This document shows positions 25,684-36,057 of a DNA stretch of 64,000 nucleotides, piece after piece. The DNA lies in assembly GCA_964599455.1 (NCBI GenBank), contig CAZREA010000003.1, positions 31,026-95,025 on the forward strand, given 5' to 3'. The notes beneath the pieces are model-generated. The model searched no databases and was not told the DNA's origin. It worked only from the letters and a program-made list of their open reading frames with translations. The DNA is from an uncultured Gammaproteobacteria bacterium (GTDB lineage: Bacteria; Patescibacteriota; Patescibacteriia; UBA9934). The position numbers and the translations under genes were made by a program. How positions within the stretch are numbered: the stretch's first letter is position 1; each line of letters begins with the position of its first letter.

Positions 25684-26637
25684 ATGAAAAGCGATGGACA
25701 ACTCCGAGATATAAAATCTTCTCCTCATCAAAGAGACATGAGAGGACAAGACGTTGAGACACTTCGTGTGCAGTGTTCATGGCAACAAATGCAAGCGTTA
25801 ATTGATGCTTTTCCCTCACGAATCGCGTTCGATACTGATGCCCGAAAACAGGGGCTGGTACTTGCCCGAGTTGCCGATGCAGGACCAGAAACGAATCGTC
25901 AGGTAGCCACGGAGATTCGTTTGTTTTTAAGCCAATGGTTTGAGGAAGAAGAGAACGATCGCGAAGAGGATTATGTGACGGCTATTGAGCAGGAGCTGGG
26001 AGATTTCTTTGTGATACGAAATGCAGAAAGACAGATAGTGGCACTCATGAATGCCCAGTTCGCTCCTCTTAATGAACGTGCAGAATCAGGTGGTGAACTT
26101 ATTATTTGGTATGTGGTAACCGATAAAGCGTATCGAGGTAAAGGCTTAGCAACAGAGCTCTATCGTACGGCATACGAAACCGCTTTAGCCCAAGCTCGGG
26201 ATCAACAGCGAGAGATTGTTGCCATTGTCGGCGAGACCGAGGCAACGGCTGAACGATTTTTTAATAGCATGGGCAGGAAGCGGCTTTATTATGAAGACGA
26301 AGAGGGCGTTATGCATGAGTTGCCGTATGTTGTCCCGCCTTCTCAAGCCGACGAACAGGAGGTTGTCGAGCATTTCATGGTTCGTTTTCTTGATGATCGA
26401 ATTGTCGCATCAGTCGCTGAAGTAACGCGTCTGCTCGAGGGTATTTTTGCGCAATATCAGCATCCGGCGTATATGCACGATTTTTCATCAGAGCGAAAAG
26501 AGCAGCAACTCCAACTTATCACTCGAACGTTTGATCGAATGTGTGAGGCGATTGCTTCTGCGCAAGAGGGAACGCTCTATCTCTACAGTGCGCAAGAAAG
26601 GACGCAGAAGATGGCCGAAGGAAAAATATTTATATAA
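25684..26637 (+). CDS. GNAT-family N-acetyltransferase domain protein
   Basis: 'IIWYVVTDKAYRGKGLATELYRTAYETAL' is an acetyl-CoA-binding motif A (R/Q-x-x-G-x-G/A). Confidence 0.55.
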   Translation: MKSDGQLRDIKSSPHQRDMRGQDVETLRVQCSWQQMQALIDAFPSRIAFDTDARKQGLVLARVADAGPETNRQVATEIRLFLSQWFEEEENDREEDYVTAIEQELGDFFVIRNAERQIVALMNAQFAPLNERAESGGELIIWYVVTDKAYRGKGLATELYRTAYETALAQARDQQREIVAIVGETEATAERFFNSMGRKRLYYEDEEGVMHELPYVVPPSQADEQEVVEHFMVRFLDDRIVASVAEVTRLLEGIFAQYQHPAYMHDFSSERKEQQLQLITRTFDRMCEAIASAQEGTLYLYSAQERTQKMAEGKIFI

Positions 26638-26650
26638 TTTACATTTTTTT

Positions 26651-27178
26651 ATGATTCCCGCAAAAGAAATCTCCATCCCCGTCAGTAAAAACAAGGTTAC
26701 GCTCATGCTTTTGGGCTCTCTGATATTCTGTGGCATTGGTGCAGGCATGATAGAGAATCCTCAAGAGTTTTTACTCATCTCCGAGGTTTTTACAAAACTC
26801 ATAGGACTTCTGATTTTCAGCTTCTTTGCTATGTGTGGTTTGTACGCAACCATGAAGCTCTTTGATAAAAAACCGGGATTGATTTTTGATGAGAAAGGCA
26901 TGACCGACAACTCCAGTGCTGTGAGCGCCGGTTTTGTTGCCTGGGAGGATATCGAGGATGTTGTTGTGTCTAATGTTGTCGGACAAAAGATACTCACTGT
27001 TCTTTTAAAAGATCCCGAAGTATTTTTAGCGAAACAGACGGGCATTAAGCATAAGATCATGACGACCAATTACAAACGGTATCGCTCACCCGTGCAATTA
27101 TCAGCAAATACACTCAAGTGTACGAGTAATGATCTGCAAAGAATGATGCATGAGTATATTGCTGCACATCGGAAGTAA
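26651..27178 (+). CDS. Membrane protein with 2 TM plus a cytoplasmic PH-like domain (YcxB/STM3941-like)
   Basis: ATG at 26651; the layout is two TM helices followed by 'GLIFDEKGMTD...WEDIEDVV'. Confidence 0.45.
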   Translation: MIPAKEISIPVSKNKVTLMLLGSLIFCGIGAGMIENPQEFLLISEVFTKLIGLLIFSFFAMCGLYATMKLFDKKPGLIFDEKGMTDNSSAVSAGFVAWEDIEDVVVSNVVGQKILTVLLKDPEVFLAKQTGIKHKIMTTNYKRYRSPVQLSANTLKCTSNDLQRMMHEYIAAHRK

Positions 27179-27187
27179 AGAATATTC

Positions 27188-27748
27188 ATGGAAATGATTG
27201 AGAAACAGATTCGTTTAGGCGAGCAAAAAGTTTCGTATCTGTTAAAACGCAGCAAGTGCGCTCGTCGTTTGCGCGTCGCCGTTACCCGTGATGCGCAATT
27301 AACAATGACGATTCCGTATTACATGCCTCGTAAACTTGCCGAGCAGTTTTTGCAGCAAAAAGCGACGTGGATTTTGCAACATCTTGCCGAAGCGCAACGG
27401 CTTGTGTCGAAAGAACCAAAAAAGGACACACGAAAAGACTTTTTGGAGAAAAAGAAAAGAGCGTTCGATTTTGTCACGCACCGTATCGTCGAGCTGAATA
27501 AGTTGTACGGCTTTTCTTTTGCAAAAGTTTCGATACGCAATCAAAAAACGCGTTGGGGAAGCTGCTCTCGTCGCGGCAATTTGAGTTTTAATTACAAAAT
27601 CATTGATCTTCCCGATGTTGTTGCTGATTATTTGATCGTACATGAGCTCTGTCATCTAAAAGAGATGAATCATTCGGTAAGATTTTGGAAACTCGTTTCC
27701 ATTGTTGTGCCAGATTACAAACAGATGAGAAAAAAGCTCAAATTTTAG
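27188..27748 (+). CDS. YgjP-like / DUF45 (M48-WLM-like) metal-dependent hydrolase
   Basis: C-terminal 'VADYLIVHELCHLKEMNHSVRFWKLV' contains HExxH plus downstream E/H, characteristic of the YgjP family. Confidence 0.7.
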   Translation: MEMIEKQIRLGEQKVSYLLKRSKCARRLRVAVTRDAQLTMTIPYYMPRKLAEQFLQQKATWILQHLAEAQRLVSKEPKKDTRKDFLEKKKRAFDFVTHRIVELNKLYGFSFAKVSIRNQKTRWGSCSRRGNLSFNYKIIDLPDVVADYLIVHELCHLKEMNHSVRFWKLVSIVVPDYKQMRKKLKF

Positions 27749-27754
27749 TATACT

Positions 27755-30697
27755 GTGAGCATGGCTAAAAGAGGCGAACTAGGAAGTATGCGGCGTGGGA
27801 ATCGGGAAGCAAAACTCCCCGAGGTTGCTTTTGAACATCTTCGGAGTTCGGACATCGTTTCGACGACGCACACCTGTGAAAAGGCAGTTTATGACCGACT
27901 CGCAATGAGCCCGGCTCTTCGTTTTGAGGCGGAGCGGTGGTTGGTCATTACCGCTGGCATGGGCGATGTCTTTGCCAAAACCGAAGCCGTACCTGTTGAA
28001 TTATTGCAGGGCGCAAATGTTTCTCCGGAAACATTGATTGATCGGGTGGAACAATTGGTACGTGTAGATCCGCTTGAGGGTCTCTCATTCCATCAGGCGT
28101 GTCGTATCCTTCGTTCACTGAGTTTAGTCGGACAGTCCATTAATGATGTTTTCAAGCCCGTGCGTCCTCTGGAAAGACGAAGAATTCGAGCCGCTGCCCT
28201 GCATGATCAAGAAGAAAATTTAAGTGCGTATGGAACAATTGTTGCGCTCGCCGAAAAGGTCCGTACGGCTTGCGAACAGCGCAGTGAAGCCGTTCCACCC
28301 GAGGCGCTCACGTGGCAATTAACGGGCAATGCCCCTCCTGCGCTTTTGCCAGTTCCCGATGCGTTTCGTGCCGGATTTGATCACATTAGGGATCTTTTTA
28401 AGACGAATCGACTGAATAAAGATATTTTAACTCCACTGCAGATGAGTCTTCGTTCTACTGCGGTTTTAAGCGAAGAGTTGGAAGGAAAAAAGAAAACAGC
28501 GAGCATCGGCAGTCGGGCGGAGTTTCGTACGGCTTGCGAGACGCTTCAGATCTGGTTAGAGGGAACGGTGGTACAAGTGCAAGAGGATGCAAAGCTGTTA
28601 GCTTCTGATCTTTTTGGTGAACCGTATGAACGAGAACAACTATTGCGATCTCTTGGTGTTATCAAGCGATATGATCCGGAATTTTTCCTCGAAGCCATCG
28701 GGATTCCCGTTCAGCTCGGGCAAGCAGAACAGCCGTATACGGGGAATCTCTTGCAGCGTGCGCTCAGATTGGAAATGGATAAGGGAGCAATTGCTGATCA
28801 AGAGCTCACCGCAGCACTGTCATATACCGATGATCTGAAGCCATATGAACAACGGTTGCTGCAGGCATCGGTACAGGATGCAAAAGGTTTTTTTGGGAGC
28901 CTTCTTGATACCTTGCAACGTCACCCAAAGCTTATTCCGCTTGTTACGGCTATGCTGATGGCTTCTCCGATTGGAAAACCTTTTTTTGCTTTTCACGGTC
29001 TACAGGAAACAACCGATTGCAATCGACACATCACCTTGTTTGAAGCGGGGAAGTATAAAGATCTTTCTGCTGAACAACTCCATCAGCTGTATGTTGCACA
29101 CGGAGCTGATCTCCGGTTTTGCCAACTCTTGTTAAAGAATCCGCACGTAAGCGGGGATGATATCAGGGGCATTCTTACGCGCCATACGAAATCTTGGCTC
29201 GATCCGGAGTATGAAAGGATTTTACTCTTTCATCCACAGAGTCCAGCCGACGTCATCATGGGTCTTTTGGAAGACGGCATGCACGACAAGACGCTCGTTG
29301 CTCAGTTTTTAGAAGAGCGACAAGGAAATCTGAATCCTGCAATCATCAAGCATATATTGCAATTGATACGAAAAAAGCGCAGCCGTGTCCTTGAATCTGT
29401 TGAGGTAGTGGTTGCGCTTGATCGTCTCTATCGAGCAGAAATTTTGGAACAAGATCCGAAAGCGAATCAGTATATTAAGCGTGCGGTTGCGCAATGCGGG
29501 TTAGGAAATGTGCAAATACTTGATTCCACGCCTGTGTATCTTCATCGAGCTATCGCCGAGAAACTCCTTCTTTCAACGATCGGCATGACGGTTGCGGAGC
29601 ATTGGCCAAAATTTGTAGGCGTGACGCCAGATGATCTCCTGCCTATGCTGCATGTATCAGATGAAAATACAGCGCGTTTAGTCATCGGCTCTTTTTTGAA
29701 AGAAAGGAGCGGTACAAGACCCTGGGGTCTTTCGCGTGATACCGTGGAACGCGTTTTGACCGCTCACGACAATACCGTCGATATCTTTTTCAGCCACAAG
29801 GATAGAATTCAAGACTTTGAGCCGAACTGGTTTCTTGAGCTTCTCTTCTTCCGCGATGACGAACGATTAAAAATGGTCGAGCGAGCCGTTGTCGACTGTC
29901 CGCCTCATACACTCGGACAAAAGGTTGCCGAGCTTTTACTTATTTTAGAAAGAGGCAGGTCGATACTTTGGGCTCATCAAGAAAAGTTTCAGCAATTGGA
30001 TAGGAATCGATTGATAAAATTGGTAGAGGGCAAGGACGAGCACTTTATGAATGCGAAAGAAAGAGTAGAGACACTTACACATATTGTACTTTCCTCTCGT
30101 AAGAATGAACTCACGCAAGAATCTGCAAAAGTCATCATAGGAAAGATTGCACACGGTCACAGTCTCGTTTACGTACAGAAGGATTATTTTACAGGATACG
30201 ATCCCAATTGGCTTATTCGTTATGTGTGCATTCCGCCAAGCGAAAGGAAGGACTTTATAGAGATTTTGACCAAATATACTCCGCCAGCTTCACTGAACAA
30301 AAAATCCGTCGAGAGACTTCGTGCCTATGACTGCGGAAATGAGATTCTTGAGCATCATGATAAATTTGTTCCTTTGGATCCGAACTGGTTGATTGATCAA
30401 GCGGCACAGGGTGGGGCATCGCAAAAAAGTTTATCGCTTTTTATTGAAAGATGTGCACATGCGAGTCTTACGCGTCAAACCGCCTTATTGTTCATTCGTG
30501 CAAAAAAGCCGGAAATACCCATCCGTCTTCTCGGAAAATTTGTAGCCGATGTAGGACCATCATGGATTTTACAAGAGGCGCGAATGGTTGCGAGTGAGGT
30601 TGAGAAAAGTGGAGAGAGCGGACCCGCTGATGCGCAGGCTTTTATGCAGAAAACGAGAGATGCTTTCAACATTCAACTGCCGGACGTAAAGAGCTGA
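27755..30697 (+). CDS. Large (980 aa) alpha-helical repeat protein with recurring '(D/E)PNW(L/F)' modules in the C-terminal half; no known catalytic motif
   Basis: Repeats 'YDPEFFLEAIG', 'FEPNWFLELLFF', 'YDPNWLIRYVCIP', 'LDPNWLIDQAAQG', 'VGPSWILQEA' occur at ~58-aa spacing. A 9-bp-stem terminator lies at 30723-30747. Confidence 0.6.
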   Translation: MSMAKRGELGSMRRGNREAKLPEVAFEHLRSSDIVSTTHTCEKAVYDRLAMSPALRFEAERWLVITAGMGDVFAKTEAVPVELLQGANVSPETLIDRVEQLVRVDPLEGLSFHQACRILRSLSLVGQSINDVFKPVRPLERRRIRAAALHDQEENLSAYGTIVALAEKVRTACEQRSEAVPPEALTWQLTGNAPPALLPVPDAFRAGFDHIRDLFKTNRLNKDILTPLQMSLRSTAVLSEELEGKKKTASIGSRAEFRTACETLQIWLEGTVVQVQEDAKLLASDLFGEPYEREQLLRSLGVIKRYDPEFFLEAIGIPVQLGQAEQPYTGNLLQRALRLEMDKGAIADQELTAALSYTDDLKPYEQRLLQASVQDAKGFFGSLLDTLQRHPKLIPLVTAMLMASPIGKPFFAFHGLQETTDCNRHITLFEAGKYKDLSAEQLHQLYVAHGADLRFCQLLLKNPHVSGDDIRGILTRHTKSWLDPEYERILLFHPQSPADVIMGLLEDGMHDKTLVAQFLEERQGNLNPAIIKHILQLIRKKRSRVLESVEVVVALDRLYRAEILEQDPKANQYIKRAVAQCGLGNVQILDSTPVYLHRAIAEKLLLSTIGMTVAEHWPKFVGVTPDDLLPMLHVSDENTARLVIGSFLKERSGTRPWGLSRDTVERVLTAHDNTVDIFFSHKDRIQDFEPNWFLELLFFRDDERLKMVERAVVDCPPHTLGQKVAELLLILERGRSILWAHQEKFQQLDRNRLIKLVEGKDEHFMNAKERVETLTHIVLSSRKNELTQESAKVIIGKIAHGHSLVYVQKDYFTGYDPNWLIRYVCIPPSERKDFIEILTKYTPPASLNKKSVERLRAYDCGNEILEHHDKFVPLDPNWLIDQAAQGGASQKSLSLFIERCAHASLTRQTALLFIRAKKPEIPIRLLGKFVADVGPSWILQEARMVASEVEKSGESGPADAQAFMQKTRDAFNIQLPDVKS

Positions 30698-30722
30698 CGT
30701 AAATTACAAAAAATTAAGTCCC

Positions 30723-30747
30723 GACGCCTCCGACGTCGGGACTCACG
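30723..30747. terminator. Bidirectional hairpin terminator (gtcccgacgcctccgacgtcgggac)
   Basis: 9-bp perfect stem between convergent genes. Confidence 0.6.
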
Positions 30748-30758
30748 AGTCCGGATCC

Positions 30759-31022
30759 TTACTTATCGTATCTTTTGTGGCTTTCGATTTCCTTCCACGC
30801 CTTCTCTCCGTGTATCTCTTCCCGTGCCTTCTGGAGGAGATGGCTGGTCAGGTTTGCATAGATAGCCCCCATCAACCCGCATAGAATCTTCCTGAAGATT
30901 CCTGGATCGAGGAAGGTACAGATCAAATGGATTATCAAGATCAACGTCAATAACCACAGTGCAGTGCTTAGAATCTTGACATTCGGGTGAGCGCGAGCAT
31001 ACCACATTGCCAGCTTGATCAT
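30759..31022 (-). CDS. Small membrane protein (87 aa)
   Basis: ORF with two hydrophobic segments. Confidence 0.4.
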   Translation of the reverse strand: MIKLAMWYARAHPNVKILSTALWLLTLILIIHLICTFLDPGIFRKILCGLMGAIYANLTSHLLQKAREEIHGEKAWKEIESHKRYDK

Positions 31023-31152
31023 GTTTCACCTCCGAAAAGAGTATTGACGAAAAGCCTGACAAAGAGCACTGTTTATCGTCTCTTTGTGAGATATATGACA
31101 TATCTTGCTTTATATAAAACAAATAAATGACGAGTATTTATCGTCGACAGCT

Positions 31153-31908
31153 ATGAAAAGTGCTATTAAAAAACAGCTTTTGCACCTTGGATTATCGGAA
31201 AAGGATATCTCAGTGTATTTTGCGATCATCCAGTTGGGAGTCGCAAAGGCAATGGAGATTGCTCGAAAAATCGATTTGCCACGACAGACGGTCTATAGCA
31301 TTTTGCAGCAACTTTTGCGTTTGAAACTCATTGAACAACATGACAAGCGCGGAATAAAACATTTTTCGGCTGATCCCCGAGAGCTTGTACGATGTATCGA
31401 ACGAGAGCGTGAGCGACTTACTGAAGAACAGCGACAAATTGAAAAAGAACTTCCTGAACTTGAAGCATTAAAGTATCGCGCGGCGCCGTTGCCGAAAATT
31501 CGCTATTACGAAGGGACCGAGGGAATGAAGCGACTCTTTTACGATATTCTCGATCAGCATCGCGGTGGTGTGAAAGAATTTCGTGGATACGGCGTCAATC
31601 GTTTTCAAAAAGCACTTGGAGATTTCTTGTATGAGTTTGTCAAAAAGCGTTTCAGTTATGGCGTTAAAACAAAATTACTGATCGGACAAGGTGAAGATGA
31701 TTTTGGCATCACCGGCGAAAAGAATGCGTACGGACGATTGGTGAAGCGAATGAATATTTCAGAGCAAGATGCCGGATTTTATCTTGTGGGCGATCGAGCA
31801 TATCTTTTCTCGTATCCTGATAATCTCGGTATCTCGATTGAAAATCGAAATATTACCAAGCTGCTCTCATCGGTCTTTGATGATCATTGGCAGAGACTTA
31901 GGGGTTAA
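31153..31908 (+). CDS. TrmB-family transcriptional regulator (N-terminal wHTH plus C-terminal TrmB domain)
   Basis: 'LSEKDISVYFAIIQLGVAKAMEIARKIDLPRQTVYSILQQL' is a TrmB-type HTH. ATG at 31153. Confidence 0.6.
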   Translation: MKSAIKKQLLHLGLSEKDISVYFAIIQLGVAKAMEIARKIDLPRQTVYSILQQLLRLKLIEQHDKRGIKHFSADPRELVRCIERERERLTEEQRQIEKELPELEALKYRAAPLPKIRYYEGTEGMKRLFYDILDQHRGGVKEFRGYGVNRFQKALGDFLYEFVKKRFSYGVKTKLLIGQGEDDFGITGEKNAYGRLVKRMNISEQDAGFYLVGDRAYLFSYPDNLGISIENRNITKLLSSVFDDHWQRLRG

Positions 31909-31937
31909 ATGTCGTGCGAGAAGTTTTATGTTATTCT

Positions 31938-32257
31938 TTTGCTCTATGGGAAAATTTTCTTGGTGGAGCAAAATTGGACTCATACTCATTTTTCCTCTTT
32001 GGATTATTTTTCCTCAATCTTCATTTTTTGACAGCGTTTTCACGGGAATTGAAATTCATAGCCGTCGTGGCAGAGAAATTGATATCTTGGCAATTATTTT
32101 ACTCACTGCTTGGTATGTTGTTTTTCGAAAAATTACAGGGAGATCGGGATTGCATGAAATGACAACTAACAAGAAAAAAATACTGGATGGCGATGCTATT
32201 GTTTTTTCATTGTACATAAGCACGATATTGACCGCTCTTTGGAGTTTGTTTATGTAA
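31938..32257 (+). CDS. Possible small membrane protein (106 aa) ending at the 32258-32290 hairpin terminator
   Basis: ORF in the frame that stops exactly before 'aaaagactcccacatcgggagtctttttt'. Very T-rich codons; weak call. Confidence 0.3.
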
Positions 32258-32300
32258 ATAAAAGACTCCCACATCGGGAGTCTTTTTTGTAACAAGAGTA

Positions 32301-33008
32301 TTAGTACGGCAACGCAAGTTCTGCATCAGCGCGATGATCGCCGAAGTCGTCACTCGTAATTGCTTCCTCGAGTACGTCGTCGATATCTGATCGCACGGTA
32401 CTATCGACGACGAAATCAGTATTAAAGCGCCACAGAGCAAAGGTTTCATCAGCAACTTCTCGTTTGGCATTATTTTCTGTGTAATACACGGTTTCATCAG
32501 AACCTCGCATAAGCGTGCCAACGGGATAACCTTCCGTGATATCTTCGCCCGTGTGCTTATAGTGTGACCACAGTGCGGGTGAAACTTCCACCACGCGACT
32601 ATCCCACGCATCACCATACAGCGCTTCGAGCAATGATTCGTCTGCAACACGACGCAAAACGCCACCGCGTTCAACAGCATACACACCATCAACGCTTAAA
32701 AACCTTATCAAAGAAGTTCCGGGGCGCATGGTAACGGGACGACCGTGTTTATAGCTCATGAAGGTTGCAGCATCGACAATAGTCGCGTCGCCTTCATTAC
32801 CAAACCAGGAATAAAAAACCGATCGCGTAGGGAAAAGGTGGCGATAGCCATCTGCATCAAGAATATAAATGGGTCCCGATGCACCAACGCGTATTAAGTC
32901 TCCTGCTTGTAAGTCAGATTCGGCAGCAAACGCTGCGGGCGTTTGTGCAAAAAAGAATAATCCACCCAGAACGAGGCTTCCAAAAGAGGAGAGGAGGAAT
33001 TTTTTCAT
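32301..33008 (-). CDS. Secreted hypothetical protein (signal peptide MKKFLLSSFGSLVLGGLFFFAQTPAAFA)
   Basis: Sec signal plus AFA-AE cleavage site; no recognisable domain. Confidence 0.5.
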   Translation of the reverse strand: MKKFLLSSFGSLVLGGLFFFAQTPAAFAAESDLQAGDLIRVGASGPIYILDADGYRHLFPTRSVFYSWFGNEGDATIVDAATFMSYKHGRPVTMRPGTSLIRFLSVDGVYAVERGGVLRRVADESLLEALYGDAWDSRVVEVSPALWSHYKHTGEDITEGYPVGTLMRGSDETVYYTENNAKREVADETFALWRFNTDFVVDSTVRSDIDDVLEEAITSDDFGDHRADAELALPY

Positions 33009-33069
33009 AGGGATGATAAACAAGTTTTTTCAAGAGTAGCGGAACAAAAAATCCTTGCAAGCAATCTAT

Positions 33070-33522
33070 CTACAGCGACATCGGATCAAAGTGTGAATAT
33101 TCTTCCTCATCTCCCATGAAATAGATCCATGAACGTGGACGAAGAAGATAAAGACCAGGAGCGTCTAAACGAAAGCCCACATTTTTATTCTTTCCCAAGG
33201 CAAATTGTTCCCGAGGAACTGTGAGCACGGTAAATACGAATCGATCAAAGAGTGCCATGTAGGCGTCAAAGACATGTGCCAAGAGGATAAGAATACCCAG
33301 CATGATGAACATGCTTATTCCAATTGCCAAATCACCCCACGAGCGGAAAAGCCAGATAAGTCCTACAAAACTCAGTAGTCCCGGAAGAAACGCAACAAAC
33401 ATGACAATACCCGTCAGTATGCGTTCAAGCGTTTTCCAAATGAGTTTTTGAGAGCGAAAGGCAAACGAATCTTGTTCGGGAATAAAGAAAAAGTATGCCT
33501 GATCTTTTTTGTTTGGATGCAT
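33070..33522 (-). CDS. Membrane protein (150 aa, ~3 TM)
   Basis: ORF with hydrophobic helices. Confidence 0.45.
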   Translation of the reverse strand: MHPNKKDQAYFFFIPEQDSFAFRSQKLIWKTLERILTGIVMFVAFLPGLLSFVGLIWLFRSWGDLAIGISMFIMLGILILLAHVFDAYMALFDRFVFTVLTVPREQFALGKNKNVGFRLDAPGLYLLRPRSWIYFMGDEEEYSHFDPMSL

Positions 33523-33583
33523 AAAAGTGTAAAGTAACCATACTACTTTTGAGAAAAGTAATCCACCACTCGACTATCGAACT

Positions 33584-34816
33584 CTATTCAAAGCATGCTT
33601 CGTAAGCTGTGCGTGCTTCATCATTCGGAAGGAGAATGGGATTGGCGTTGGTGGCGTAATGGATTTCGGCATCCGTTTCAAAGGCTTCATCGGTAAAGCG
33701 CAACATAACGGGTTCGGAAAGAGTGTGTGTATCGGGCATTTCGTAGGCGGCAGAGATAGGGGCAATGGCAGCGATAGGTTCACTTTCCGCGGCACATGCT
33801 TGGCTAAAATCTTGCCAGTACAGCCACACGCTCCCGTCGGGCATGGTTGTTGCTTCGGGAACACTTGCTTGCGAGACGACTTTTTCAAGCGGAGACCAGG
33901 TTAGTAAATCGGTACTGGTTGTTCGATAAATAGATCTTCCGCAAAGTTCACAGAGTCCTTGTGCGGTGCACGTGTTGGAGGAAGAGATTGCCTTAATAAA
34001 CAATACCCATGTGTCATCTTTACGTTGTGCGATGGCGGTATCGCTCATAAAAAGACTATCGGTATCTTCGTCGTTGATAATGGGAGTTGATTCGCCAAGT
34101 TGCAGATCGGCAAGAGTGTTGACGGCAGTAGGAAGAACACAGAGCGATTCCATGTCTTTGGTTGTATGGGAGGCGTCGCTTAATTTGCTCAGATGAACAT
34201 CACCTTCAATTGAGTGAATGAGATAATTACTGCCTGCAACGTCAAAAACTTGCGAGGTTTTTCCAAGCGTAATCCCTGAGGTTTGTCGGCAACCATCTGC
34301 CGAAGAGGCTTTGATGACTTTCACGTCTGCATCTCGTACTGCTGGACAGACGGATTCATGATAGAGCAAGGATCCTGGACCACGAGTATCATCGGCACCT
34401 GTCCATCCGGTCATTGCCCAAGATCCGCTTGCGAGGCGACTAAACACCGGATCTCCGTATGATTCGGTAAAGCTTCGTCCGAGATTAAAAACGAGCGCAT
34501 CAGCATCAACACTTTTTACAGTAAAGCCATCAGTACTGGTGCCCATGCGAATAGCATTTTGGGCGGAACCATCTTCTGCAGGTTTGCCAACAAATTGATA
34601 GAAAAAGGCGATGCTCCCTCCAATGTCCTGAGATATGGCGGTACGTTTTTGTCGCTCCCATCGGTCTTTTTGTGCTGCAATAAAAGTATCTTGTAGCGTA
34701 TCTTCTCCCGCGTCGCTCGAGGTGCTATTGAGAGAAAACAGCACCACATTCGCCGCCGTCAGCCCAGCAAGAACGATTCCGCTAAAAATAATCACCAACG
34801 GATGAGCTTTTTGCAT
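33584..34816 (-). CDS. Secreted beta-rich protein (410 aa), possibly beta-propeller/glycoside-hydrolase-like
   Basis: N-terminal signal anchor and repeated aromatic/Asp beta-strand motifs ('DDTWVLFIKA', 'DGSVWLYWQDF'). Family is tentative. Confidence 0.45.
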   Translation of the reverse strand: MQKAHPLVIIFSGIVLAGLTAANVVLFSLNSTSSDAGEDTLQDTFIAAQKDRWERQKRTAISQDIGGSIAFFYQFVGKPAEDGSAQNAIRMGTSTDGFTVKSVDADALVFNLGRSFTESYGDPVFSRLASGSWAMTGWTGADDTRGPGSLLYHESVCPAVRDADVKVIKASSADGCRQTSGITLGKTSQVFDVAGSNYLIHSIEGDVHLSKLSDASHTTKDMESLCVLPTAVNTLADLQLGESTPIINDEDTDSLFMSDTAIAQRKDDTWVLFIKAISSSNTCTAQGLCELCGRSIYRTTSTDLLTWSPLEKVVSQASVPEATTMPDGSVWLYWQDFSQACAAESEPIAAIAPISAAYEMPDTHTLSEPVMLRFTDEAFETDAEIHYATNANPILLPNDEARTAYEACFE

Positions 34817-34961
34817 AGTGGGTCTATGATAACATGAGGCTTTTCTAAAAATATTGTGAGGCGATGTACGAGAAACCGTATTTTAACCCCCATTCACAAT
34901 AAAAGTATTCGTCCTGATGAAAATATACTCTTCTTTTAAAGAAAGAATTTCTTTTTATTTT

Positions 34962-35849
34962 ATGAGCGAGAGAGAATTTGAAGGCATTTGCAGCGTCCAT
35001 GGCGGACCGTATCGTGCTTGTCCCGGAGAGTGTTCAAATCGTTCAAAAATACCGGCAGCGGAAACCTTTGAACGAGAACCAGAGTCTATAGAGCGTCTGC
35101 AAGAACTTATCAGGGATATAGGGCGAGAATATAAAGATGTTGCTCGTGTATTCATGCATCGCAAGGAACACGGCGGAGGCGCTTTGAAAGATATACCTCC
35201 GAGAGCATTTGTGTATGAAGACATGAGTATTCTTCTTGATAGTACGTCGGATGGTGTTGCTTTGCAGGTAAAGGCGGAAGATGATTTGAAATTCGAAATT
35301 CAAATTCCTCTTTTTAAAGGTTCTCGTAAAGCTGCAGCGTCGACTGGAGTTTTGAAAATGCGGAATGAAGAAGTACATATATATTTCAATACGTTTACCG
35401 GAATAATTCCTCGGGAAATACGTCGAGAAGGTGCAAAACATTTTGACTATATTCTTGGTATTGAAGCCGATGGTATCCATGTCGGGAATGACGAGGTCAC
35501 GAAATGGGAAAATAGCATGTTGCGTTTGCAACAAGAGGTAGGGGCAAATGAAAAAGTCGAGCGTTACGTAGAGGAACTGACCCCAAAACCCGATTTTTCT
35601 CTAAGCTCAAAGCTTTCGATGGCTGAATTGCGGGATATTTGGACAAAAGCTCATCAAGGTGGATTATTTAGAGCTCCAAAATTTCCTGCCGATAAAAATT
35701 CTCTTTTAGACCCCGGCCCTCGACCTGCAGACACCATTTTGCCAATTGAAAGACTTGAAAGACCTCTGCAACAGGTATTCCAGGCATTGGTAAAGGTCCA
35801 GGAAATTGTTTCTCAAGCAGTACGCGCGGGGACGGATTCTGCTTCTTAA
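34962..35849 (+). CDS. Hypothetical protein (296 aa)
   Basis: ORF only; ATG 34962 preferred over 34917. Confidence 0.4.
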   Translation: MSEREFEGICSVHGGPYRACPGECSNRSKIPAAETFEREPESIERLQELIRDIGREYKDVARVFMHRKEHGGGALKDIPPRAFVYEDMSILLDSTSDGVALQVKAEDDLKFEIQIPLFKGSRKAAASTGVLKMRNEEVHIYFNTFTGIIPREIRREGAKHFDYILGIEADGIHVGNDEVTKWENSMLRLQQEVGANEKVERYVEELTPKPDFSLSSKLSMAELRDIWTKAHQGGLFRAPKFPADKNSLLDPGPRPADTILPIERLERPLQQVFQALVKVQEIVSQAVRAGTDSAS

Positions 35850-36057
35850 ATCATTTCATGAAAAGCGATCGAAAAAAATCATTGACGATATGATTTATCG
35901 CGGTGTCGCATCGAATAAGTCTGATCTTGTTCGTCAGGCGCTATATAAATTTGCAGAAGATCAGGCGGTGGAAGTGGTGTTACGCGCAGAGCAAGAATTA
36001 AAAGAAGGGAAGACTCTTCGTGGTGATCTCCGAAAGATTGCGGCAAAGATACCATAA
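35806..36057 (+). CDS. ParD/CopG-like ribbon-helix-helix protein (orphan antitoxin-like)
   Basis: 'IIDDMIYRGVASNKSDLVRQALYKFAEDQ' matches the ParD motif 'FI...SGRYxSASEVIRxALR'. No adjacent toxin ORF; the 5' end overlaps the upstream gene. Confidence 0.4.
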   Translation: MFLKQYARGRILLLKSFHEKRSKKIIDDMIYRGVASNKSDLVRQALYKFAEDQAVEVVLRAEQELKEGKTLRGDLRKIAAKIP

